Source: Candidatus Komeilibacteria bacterium (GTDB lineage: Bacteria; Patescibacteriota; Patescibacteriia; UBA1558). Taken from it: a stretch of 64,000 nucleotides of DNA. The stretch covers positions 264,013 through 328,012 of the forward strand of contig JBLYPX010000001.1 in the NCBI GenBank assembly GCA_048538235.1, written 5' to 3'. Numbering within the stretch: the stretch's first letter is position 1; each line of letters starts with the position of its first letter. The translations under genes and the position numbers were made by a program. Below are positions 49,598-57,517 of this stretch, piece after piece. The notes below the pieces were generated by a model. It was not told the origin of the DNA. It ran no database searches and worked only from the letters and a program-made list of their open reading frames with translations.

Positions 49598-49682
49598 GAT
49601 TACACCTCCATTTATTAAGGTTCATTACCTCCTAATATAATTATAGTACTTTTTTTATGTTTGTGCTACGATAATTAAAGAT

Positions 49683-50924
49683 ATGGATTTATTTGATAAA
49701 AACCTATTAAAAGCAAGACCTCTTGCAGATAGAATGCGCGCAACAGATTGGACGCAGTTTTTTGGTCAAAAAGATATTGTAGATAAAGATAAGATATTAA
49801 GACAGGCAATTGCTAAGGATCAATTACCATCTATGATCTTTTGGGGACCACCAGGAACCGGTAAAACAACCTTAGCTAGTATTATTGCCAACAAGACAAA
49901 TTCAGAGTTTGTACAATTATCTGCTGTAACATCTGGCAAGAAAGATTTACAAGCTGTTATACAAAAAGCAGAAGATAATTTAAAGCACAGTCAGAAAAGA
50001 ACTATTCTTTTTATTGATGAAATACATAGGTGGAATAAAGCACAACAAGATGCACTATTACCACATGTAGAAAAAGGAATTATTACTCTAATTGGTGCAA
50101 CTACAGAAAACCCTTCCTTTGAAGTAATATCTGCATTGTTATCTAGATGTAGAGTCTTTGTACTAGAATCATTAAAGGTTGAGGATATTGTTAAGATATT
50201 GAAAAAAGCATTAAAGGATAAAGAAAACGGTTTAGGTTCTTATGATGTTATTATTCAACCAAAAGATTTAAAATACTTAGCTAGTCTAGCTGCTGGAGAT
50301 GCCCGGGTTGCCTTAAATGCACTCGAATTTGCTGTTTTAACTAAGTCTAAGGTAAAAGGGAAGCATGAGATAAAAAAGAGCGATTTTGAGCAAGCTATAC
50401 AGAATAGTAATCTCTATTACGATAAAGCGGGTGAGGAACATTATAATATTATATCTGCTCTGCATAAGAGTATGCGTGGTTCAGATGCTAATGCTGCTTT
50501 GTATTGGCTAGCTAGAATGTTAGAAGGTGGTGAAAATCCACTATATGTTGCTAGAAGATTAATTAGATTTGCTTCGGAAGATATAGGACTAGCTAATTCA
50601 CAGGCACTTGTACAAGCAGTTACGGCTTATGAGGCTTGTCATAATATTGGTATGCCTGAATGTGAACTAGCTCTTGCTCAAGCAGTGGTATATATGGCAA
50701 AATGTAAGAAGAGTAATGAATTGTATAGAGCTTATGGTGAAGTTAAGAAAGATGTTAAAGAAACAATGCACTTACCAGTACCATTGCATATACGGAATGC
50801 GGAAACTAAATTAATGAAAGATTTAGGTTATGGTAAAGGTTATAAATATTCTCCAGAGCATGATTACAAAGAAGATCAAACATATATGCCTGAGAAGTTA
50901 AAGAATAAGAAGTATTTAGATTAA
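49683..50924 (+). CDS. rarA: Replication-associated recombination protein A (MgsA)
   Basis: PLADRMR, WGPPGTGKTT, IDEIHR, GATTENP, ISALHKS.RGSD. Confidence 0.96.
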   Translation: MDLFDKNLLKARPLADRMRATDWTQFFGQKDIVDKDKILRQAIAKDQLPSMIFWGPPGTGKTTLASIIANKTNSEFVQLSAVTSGKKDLQAVIQKAEDNLKHSQKRTILFIDEIHRWNKAQQDALLPHVEKGIITLIGATTENPSFEVISALLSRCRVFVLESLKVEDIVKILKKALKDKENGLGSYDVIIQPKDLKYLASLAAGDARVALNALEFAVLTKSKVKGKHEIKKSDFEQAIQNSNLYYDKAGEEHYNIISALHKSMRGSDANAALYWLARMLEGGENPLYVARRLIRFASEDIGLANSQALVQAVTAYEACHNIGMPECELALAQAVVYMAKCKKSNELYRAYGEVKKDVKETMHLPVPLHIRNAETKLMKDLGYGKGYKYSPEHDYKEDQTYMPEKLKNKKYLD

Positions 50925-50929
50925 TAATA

Positions 50930-51487
50930 ATGACTAAAGTTTTTATAATTCATGGAACAGGTGGTAATCCAAATGGTAATTGGTTTCCTTGGCTTAAGAG
51001 TGAATTGGAAAAAATTGGTTGCGAAGTAATAGTGCCTAAATTTCCTACACCTGAAGGGCAGAGCCTAGATGCTTGGAATGGGGAGTTTAGAAAATACATT
51101 AATAAAATTGATAAAAATACAATTGTAGTTGGTCATAGTATGGGAGTAGGTTTTTTATTAAGCGTTTTAGAACAAATCAACGTAAAAGTTAAAGGGGCTT
51201 TTTTTGTATCCGGGTTTCTTGAACTTTTAGGTAATGATTTTTTTGATAATTTAAATAAAACATTTGTGCAGAAAGAGTTTAATTGGGATAAAATACAAGG
51301 TGCCTGTGATAAATTTTATTTATATCATGGTAGTAACGATCCCTATGTACCAGTTAAGTACGCTCAAGATGTTGCTAATAAGCTAGGGGTAAAGTTAAAT
51401 ATTATAGATAATGGAGGACACCTTAACACTGAGTCTGGTTACACTGAATTTCCTACACTTTTAAATGATATTAAGAAAACAATATGA
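50930..51487 (+). CDS. RBBP9/YdeN family alpha/beta hydrolase
   Basis: IIHG...NWFPWL, GHSMG, DPYV, GGHLN. Confidence 0.9.
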   Translation: MTKVFIIHGTGGNPNGNWFPWLKSELEKIGCEVIVPKFPTPEGQSLDAWNGEFRKYINKIDKNTIVVGHSMGVGFLLSVLEQINVKVKGAFFVSGFLELLGNDFFDNLNKTFVQKEFNWDKIQGACDKFYLYHGSNDPYVPVKYAQDVANKLGVKLNIIDNGGHLNTESGYTEFPTLLNDIKKTI

Positions 51488-51801
51488 AACCAATAAAGAA
51501 AGATGCAACAATGAAAGATTATCAGGAATATGTGAAAGAAATGGAAGTTGAAAGAGGATTTTCTGAACAAAATGTTTTAGACAAATGTTTAATTTTAGGT
51601 GAAGAAGTGGGTGAGCTATTCAAAGCAGTTCGTAAAGATGAAAAAATTAAAGTTGATCACAATTCTAAATTTGGTTCTGTTGATGAAGAAATAGCAGATA
51701 TAATTATAATGCTTTGTGCTGTTGCTAATAGATATGGAATAGATATGGAAGAAGCATTTAGAAATAAAGAAGAAATTAATGGCAAAAGAGAATGGAAATA
51801 G
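51484..51801 (+). CDS. MazG-like nucleotide pyrophosphohydrolase
   Basis: EEVGEL.KA.R and EEIAD motifs. Confidence 0.9.
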   Translation: MKPIKKDATMKDYQEYVKEMEVERGFSEQNVLDKCLILGEEVGELFKAVRKDEKIKVDHNSKFGSVDEEIADIIIMLCAVANRYGIDMEEAFRNKEEINGKREWK

Positions 51802-52049
51802 AACAGGAAATAATTAAAATAAAAGAACGTAATGCTAGAGTAGAGGCAGATAAAGCTTGGGAAACAAGCTATTTTAGAAAGATAATTATAGCAATATTAA
51901 CATATATTGTTATAGTAATATTTTTTTACTTTGCAGGATTGTCTAAACCATTTTTAAACGCAATAGTGCCTACAACTGGTTTTGTGTTATCTACTTTGTC
52001 AGTACCGATATTTAAGAAATTTTGGATTAAGAAAATATATAAGAAATAG
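51792..52049 (+). CDS. Small two-TM membrane protein
   Basis: ERN.RVE.DKAWETS followed by two hydrophobic helices. Confidence 0.75.
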   Translation: MEIEQEIIKIKERNARVEADKAWETSYFRKIIIAILTYIVIVIFFYFAGLSKPFLNAIVPTTGFVLSTLSVPIFKKFWIKKIYKK

Positions 52050-52050
52050 T

Positions 52051-52503
52051 ATGGATAGACACAAGGTTACAATAGGTGCGTTTGCAATTATTACCAATAG
52101 TCAAAAAGAGGTTTTGCTTTGTTATAGAAATGATTTAAAAAAGTGGAATTTACCAGGCGGAAGAATGGAAAACGGTGAATCACCTTGGGAGGCTGTGGTA
52201 AGAGAAGTAAAAGAGGAAGTTGGTTTAGAAGTAAAGGTTGTGAGATTGGTTAATATATTCTCTAAGGCAGACATGAAGGATATAAGTTTTCAATTTGAGT
52301 GTGAGGTTGTGGGTGGAGACTTAACTATTTCAGATGAATCAGCAGATAATAAATATTTTTCACTAGATCAGATTCCTAAAAATATAGTATTGAATCACGG
52401 TATTGGCGTTAAACAATATTACGATGGTGTAAATGAAGTTATACTTAAGTCTCAATTACAACGTTTATTTATAAATTTAAATGGAGAAGAGATAAAATAT
52501 TAG
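52051..52503 (+). CDS. NUDIX hydrolase
   Basis: PGGRMENGESPWEAVVREVKEEVG Nudix box; start taken at ATG 52051. Confidence 0.93.
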   Translation: MDRHKVTIGAFAIITNSQKEVLLCYRNDLKKWNLPGGRMENGESPWEAVVREVKEEVGLEVKVVRLVNIFSKADMKDISFQFECEVVGGDLTISDESADNKYFSLDQIPKNIVLNHGIGVKQYYDGVNEVILKSQLQRLFINLNGEEIKY

Positions 52504-52507
52504 AATT

Positions 52508-52909
52508 ATGAAAATTGCAATTTGTAGTAGCATGTCATTTGCTAAAGAAATGATAAAAGCTAAAGAAGAGATGATTGAATTAGGCCATGAAGTAATTATT
52601 CAGGATGATGTAGAATTACACGCATCAGGAGAGATTGGAGACGAAGATAAGTGGAGAAAGATGGAAATAGATCCATTCAAAGTATATTTTGAAGAAATTA
52701 AAAATGCGGATGCTATTTTAGTTATAAATTTAGATAAGCATGGTGTAGAAAATTATGTAGGCGGTAATACTTTAATTGAAATGGCTTTTGCATATGTTTT
52801 AGATAAGAAAATATTTATGATGAATCCAGTTCCTAAATTAGGTTATTCAGACGAAATAGAAGCTATGAGGCCAGTTATATTAAATGGAGATTTAAATAAA
52901 ATAATATGA
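52508..52909 (+). CDS. Nucleoside 2-deoxyribosyltransferase-like protein
   Basis: MKIAICSS, DAILVIN, YVGGNTLIEMAFA...KKIF. Confidence 0.65.
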   Translation: MKIAICSSMSFAKEMIKAKEEMIELGHEVIIQDDVELHASGEIGDEDKWRKMEIDPFKVYFEEIKNADAILVINLDKHGVENYVGGNTLIEMAFAYVLDKKIFMMNPVPKLGYSDEIEAMRPVILNGDLNKII

Positions 52910-53379
52910 GTGAACATATAAAAAAAGGATTTAGTTTTGGATTAGCATCCGGTGTAATAACAACCTTGGGCTTAATTGTTGGTCTAGAAGCGGGTACTGG
53001 ATCAAGATTGGTTGTTATTGGAGGCATACTTGTTATTGCTATAGCAGATGCTATGTCTGATGCACTAGGAATACATTTATCTGAAGAATCAAGTGGTTTG
53101 CAGTCACATAAGAATGTGTGGAGAGTAACAATTGCAACATTTTTATCTAAATTCTTTTTTGCTTTAACTTTTGTAATTCCAATTATATTATTTGAATTAC
53201 AAACAGCTATAATTGTAAGTGTTATTTATGGACTAGCTTTAATTGGTGCTTTTAGCTTTTATATGGGTAAGCAGCAGGATAATAAGCCATGGCATACAAC
53301 ATTTGAACATTTATTTATTGCTATTGTTGTAATTGTTATTACTCACTACGTTGGTCATTGGGTTGCCTTACTTGGTTAA
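52906..53379 (+). CDS. VIT1/CCC1-like membrane protein
   Basis: FG..SGVITTLG, AIADAMSDALGIHLSEE. Confidence 0.75.
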   Translation: MSEHIKKGFSFGLASGVITTLGLIVGLEAGTGSRLVVIGGILVIAIADAMSDALGIHLSEESSGLQSHKNVWRVTIATFLSKFFFALTFVIPIILFELQTAIIVSVIYGLALIGAFSFYMGKQQDNKPWHTTFEHLFIAIVVIVITHYVGHWVALLG

Positions 53380-53432
53380 TATATTGTTAAAAAGAAAAAC
53401 CGCTGATGTTAATCAACGGTTTTTTTAAATCT

Positions 53433-53699
53433 TTACTTTCTCCCCTCAATATCCAAGATGAGTTTCTTGATATATTTCAGAGGAGTGCCAGCGCTCAACC
53501 GCTTTTCAAAAGCAGATTCCATTTCACCTAGCTTTATTAAGATCGGCTTGGTGGCTTGTTTGGGTATGCGTGATTCTAATAAAATATCACACAGCAAGCT
53601 GAGCTCCTTTTCAAATTCTGGCAAATGAAGCACAGATTTTGTTGCTCTTTCAATCTTTAGTAAAATCACCTCATGTATACTGGGTCTTGTGTCTGGCAT
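53433..53699 (-). CDS. Small helical hypothetical protein
   Basis: AGGAGG SD lies in the end of the upstream ORF. Confidence 0.6.
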   Translation of the reverse strand: MPDTRPSIHEVILLKIERATKSVLHLPEFEKELSLLCDILLESRIPKQATKPILIKLGEMESAFEKRLSAGTPLKYIKKLILDIEGRK

Positions 53700-53700
53700 T

Positions 53701-53928
53701 TTATCCTCCTATTTTGACTATTAAGTCTTTTAGGTGTTTTTTAATATCTTCATTGCTACAATTCTCAGTAAGCTTTTCTAATAAAGATAGCACCTTTGTT
53801 TTTTCACTGCTTGTCATTTTTTCTCTTTTGAGAATATTACTCAAGGCTTCGACTTGAACAATAGATAAGCCGTGCGTGATCTGTGTATCAATAAGGTCAA
53901 CTATGGCCTCACAAAACATTTTAGGCAT
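53701..53928 (-). CDS. Small helical hypothetical protein
   Basis: AAGGAGG SD; TTGACA promoter upstream. Confidence 0.65.
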   Translation of the reverse strand: MPKMFCEAIVDLIDTQITHGLSIVQVEALSNILKREKMTSSEKTKVLSLLEKLTENCSNEDIKKHLKDLIVKIGG

Positions 53929-54043
53929 ATTAACCTCCTTAAGTTTTTAATGTCCAGCACTCAATTTAACCATGTAGAAGTTTTGTTGTCAATAAATAGG
54001 TAAAAGTGGTATAATAATCGTACTAAATCTTTATGAAAAGCCT

Positions 54044-54367
54044 ATGAATTTAGAAAAATGGGAACAGATTAAGGCAATGGCTAAAGATAAGTTTGATATC
54101 ACCCGTGAACACGAAGAAGAAGGAGTGGATGGTATTGGTAAAGTAGAGATTCTTGAGTTCAATGGACCTTTGGGTCGTATGAAATTAGAATTTATTACTA
54201 AACCTAGAATTTTAGATAAAAAGACGTCTTATAGTAATAGGATTGGTTCAGATGTTAAGGTGGATTATGTTTACTCAGAAGATGAGGAAACCTGTCAGCT
54301 TGTGGCATATAAATGGGATGAAGGTGCTGAAGCATGGGAAAGTATAGATGCTAGTGCCTTTACTTAA
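54044..54367 (+). CDS. Hypothetical protein (CPR-type family)
   Basis: KW..I...KDKF, F.GPLG.MKLE...KP...DKKT.YS.R.G. Confidence 0.8.
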   Translation: MNLEKWEQIKAMAKDKFDITREHEEEGVDGIGKVEILEFNGPLGRMKLEFITKPRILDKKTSYSNRIGSDVKVDYVYSEDEETCQLVAYKWDEGAEAWESIDASAFT

Positions 54368-54384
54368 ATATTAATAATAAAACT

Positions 54385-55122
54385 ATGTATTACACTATTG
54401 GAATTATAGTATTTATTCTTCTGATTAGTATTCGTCAGATTAATCAATACGAAAGAGGAGTTAAATTTACACTTGGTAAATATACTGGAACAATGCAGCC
54501 AGGTTGGAGAATTGTTTTACCAATTATTCAATCTATGAAAAAGGTTGATGTTCGTGTTAAGGCTGTAGATGTGCCTGATCAAGAAACGATTACTAAAGAT
54601 AATATTTCAGCGTCTATTAACGCTGTTATTTATTATAAGGTGTCAGATGCTGCTAAAGCTGTTATTGAAGTAGAGAACTTCTATTATGCTATTACTCAGC
54701 TTGCACAAACAACAATGAGAAATACAGTTGGTGAGGTAGATTTAGATGAACTTTTATCTAATAGAGATGAGATATCTAATAGAATTAAAACCGTAGTTGA
54801 TGCAGCTACTGATCCATGGGGTATTAAAGTAGATAATGTAGATTTAAAAGATATTTCTTTGCCAGAAGATATGAAGAGAACTATTGCTAAACAAGCAGAA
54901 GCGGAAAGAGAAAAAAGAGCGGTTATCATTAAAGCTGAAGGTGAAAAGATAGCTGCAGATAATATGTCACAAGCTGCAGATGTGCTTGCTAAATCTCCAG
55001 GGGCATTACATTTAAGGACATTACAGTCTATTAATGATTTGTCATCAGATCAATCTAATACAGTTATATTTGCTTTACCATTGGAAGTTCTAAGAGCTTT
55101 AGAAGGTTTAACTAAGAAATAA
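54385..55122 (+). CDS. SPFH/stomatin (slipin) family protein
   Basis: QYERGV.F.LG, Q..ITKDN, AQTTMR, QAEAERE.RA. Confidence 0.93.
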   Translation: MYYTIGIIVFILLISIRQINQYERGVKFTLGKYTGTMQPGWRIVLPIIQSMKKVDVRVKAVDVPDQETITKDNISASINAVIYYKVSDAAKAVIEVENFYYAITQLAQTTMRNTVGEVDLDELLSNRDEISNRIKTVVDAATDPWGIKVDNVDLKDISLPEDMKRTIAKQAEAEREKRAVIIKAEGEKIAADNMSQAADVLAKSPGALHLRTLQSINDLSSDQSNTVIFALPLEVLRALEGLTKK

Positions 55123-55127
55123 TAATT

Positions 55128-55562
55128 ATGAGACATACAAAGTTTACGTTCTTCATTATTTTAGTAGTACTCACAGCAGTATTAGTTTTTATTATTATCG
55201 GTGAAGATGATTCATATAATGATCCTGCTAATATGTCTGTAAGCCTACCAGAGGATAAAGTTGTTTTATCTAGTGAAGAAATGGTTGCAGCTTACCAAAA
55301 TGAGTTGAGCGATATTTTGTATGAGTATCAGCAAGAAATATTACAACAGTCATTGACTAGAGAAGATGCTGTTAAAGAAATGAGAGAAAAGGTTTTAAGT
55401 ATTGCGCAAATTCCAAAGGACATGCAGGATTTACATTTAAAATTAGTTCTAGCATTTAGTAGAGATTTAAATGGTTATTTAGATGAAGCTGTGTCAGTTT
55501 ATAAGGAATTACAAAGTGAGTACACTTGGTTATTTAGTAGATTTAACTTTTTATTAGAATAG
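55128..55562 (+). CDS. Hypothetical membrane-anchored protein
   Basis: N-terminal TM; operon-like spacing. Confidence 0.7.
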   Translation: MRHTKFTFFIILVVLTAVLVFIIIGEDDSYNDPANMSVSLPEDKVVLSSEEMVAAYQNELSDILYEYQQEILQQSLTREDAVKEMREKVLSIAQIPKDMQDLHLKLVLAFSRDLNGYLDEAVSVYKELQSEYTWLFSRFNFLLE

Positions 55563-55565
55563 AGA

Positions 55566-56276
55566 ATGGTATTACTTAGTCGTATATCTACATATCTTGT
55601 ACCTTTAATATATTTTATAACTGCTTTAAGTTGGTTAATTCATCCTAATTGGGTGTATTACGGTAGTGTCTTAGTTATATTATTTTTAGCTCTTAGTATT
55701 TATTCTATTACTAAACAATCTGAAAATATTAAGATGTTTTTGTCTGAGATGATTTATCCATTATTTGTTCAAGTTATTAGTTTAAGTTTTATTGTTTTTT
55801 TACCTAAAGGTTGGCTATATGTATTGATGATAATATTCTTTTCTTTCATGCTTTATTTAATATTAAACGAAGCATTTAATAGACATCATCCGTTCTTAGG
55901 CAAGACATTCGAGTTTACTACAAAATTACAAATGGTATTAATTGTTTCTTTAGTGTTTTTTATGGCAGTTATTGGCTATAACTTAGTATTGTATTTAGGT
56001 TGGCAGTTGTGGGTTGTATCTCTAGTTATGATTTTCTTAATAGCTTTACTTTTATTAAGACTGCAAGGAATAAGTAATAAATTAGATTATTTATTTGTGG
56101 ATACGGCTATTACTATATTAACAATGGAAATATTCTTTATCCTACATTATCTACCAATAGATATATACTTTAAAGGATTAATAGTTGCTGCTAATATATT
56201 TATACTATTTAACTATATTATTAATAAACAATTTTATAATATTAAAAAACAATATGACTTTAAAGAGAAAGCCTAA
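55566..56276 (+). CDS. Hypothetical polytopic membrane protein
   Basis: About eight hydrophobic segments. Confidence 0.7.
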   Translation: MVLLSRISTYLVPLIYFITALSWLIHPNWVYYGSVLVILFLALSIYSITKQSENIKMFLSEMIYPLFVQVISLSFIVFLPKGWLYVLMIIFFSFMLYLILNEAFNRHHPFLGKTFEFTTKLQMVLIVSLVFFMAVIGYNLVLYLGWQLWVVSLVMIFLIALLLLRLQGISNKLDYLFVDTAITILTMEIFFILHYLPIDIYFKGLIVAANIFILFNYIINKQFYNIKKQYDFKEKA

Positions 56277-57516
56277 GAAAAAAGCTGCTCAAAAGACAGC
56301 AGAGGAAAATTCTAGAGCAGAAACAATTAAAGAAATTTATTTACAAGACGATGAGATTCGTTTACCACAACAAGCTTTGAATTGGACAGCTGTTGTTATT
56401 GTTTCTCTGTTATTTGGACTGGTTGCAGGATTTTTTGGATCTTGGTGGCAAATTAGAATGAGACCAGGTTGGCTTTATACAGATACTAAAACAGGACCAG
56501 AGATTAGCGAGATATTAGATTTGGCAGCTAAGCAGAACGATAATATTAAGAATAGTTTTGACAATATTACTACTCAGAATTTAAGCAATCAGGTGGTTCT
56601 GATATATGCAAACAATTATAGTGCTAAAGCAGATGAGTGGGATTTGTTATATACTGACGATAATCTAAAAGGTAATGGTTTAATAATTACTTCAGATGGT
56701 TGGATTGTAACAAGTAAGGCAGTTATTGATGATGTTAATGATGATTTCTTAATTATCACAAATGATAGACAAGGTTATGAACCAATAGATTTTGTAGTAG
56801 ATAGCTATAATGATTTAGTTTTTGTGAAAATAGATAAGGGAGATTTAAGTCCAATTACTATTAAGTCTGCAGATAATACTAAGTTTAGTGATGATTTATT
56901 AGTTTTAAGAAATACCTTAAAATTTAATCAACCTTTGCAATTACATACAAAGTTAATTGCTAAAGATTATGCTGTAGTTGAAGATGGAACTGACTTTTTA
57001 CATAGCACAGATTATAATGACACATATTTAGTTATAAAAGATGTGCTATTAGATAGTTTTGTCGGTGCACCACTTGCTAATAGTAATGGTGATGTTATTG
57101 GTATGGTTATTGGTGAAGATAAGGCTATTAATGGCTTTAATTTACAAGTAACAGTTAGAAATTTCTTAAGTAGTGAAGCAATGGTTAATCATAATAGTTT
57201 AGGAATACACTATATAGATTTAGCAGAAGTGGTAGGACTGACTGCAGATTTACATCAAGGATATAACAAGGGAGCACTTGTTTATGGTAATGAAGATTTA
57301 GATAAAGCAGCGGTTATGGAGGATAGCACAGCAGCTGGAGCAAAGCTTGTTAGCGGAGATATTATTTTAAAGGTTAATGATCAGGCCATAGAATCTGGTA
57401 CAAGTTTAAATAAAGTATTACAAGAATATCCACTTGGTAGTACAGTCACATTGTCTGTATTAAGAGCTGGTGGTGAAACAGAAGATATAATATTAACATT
57501 GGATATTAATCCATAA
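56254..57516 (+). CDS. HtrA/DegP-like trypsin-fold plus PDZ protein, catalytic residues degenerate
   Basis: G.GLIITSDGWIVT, DLVFVKI, GAPL.N..GDVIG, LVSGDIILKVN (PDZ); start taken at ATG 56254. Confidence 0.8.
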   Translation: MTLKRKPKKKAAQKTAEENSRAETIKEIYLQDDEIRLPQQALNWTAVVIVSLLFGLVAGFFGSWWQIRMRPGWLYTDTKTGPEISEILDLAAKQNDNIKNSFDNITTQNLSNQVVLIYANNYSAKADEWDLLYTDDNLKGNGLIITSDGWIVTSKAVIDDVNDDFLIITNDRQGYEPIDFVVDSYNDLVFVKIDKGDLSPITIKSADNTKFSDDLLVLRNTLKFNQPLQLHTKLIAKDYAVVEDGTDFLHSTDYNDTYLVIKDVLLDSFVGAPLANSNGDVIGMVIGEDKAINGFNLQVTVRNFLSSEAMVNHNSLGIHYIDLAEVVGLTADLHQGYNKGALVYGNEDLDKAAVMEDSTAAGAKLVSGDIILKVNDQAIESGTSLNKVLQEYPLGSTVTLSVLRAGGETEDIILTLDINP

Positions 57517-57517
57517 G

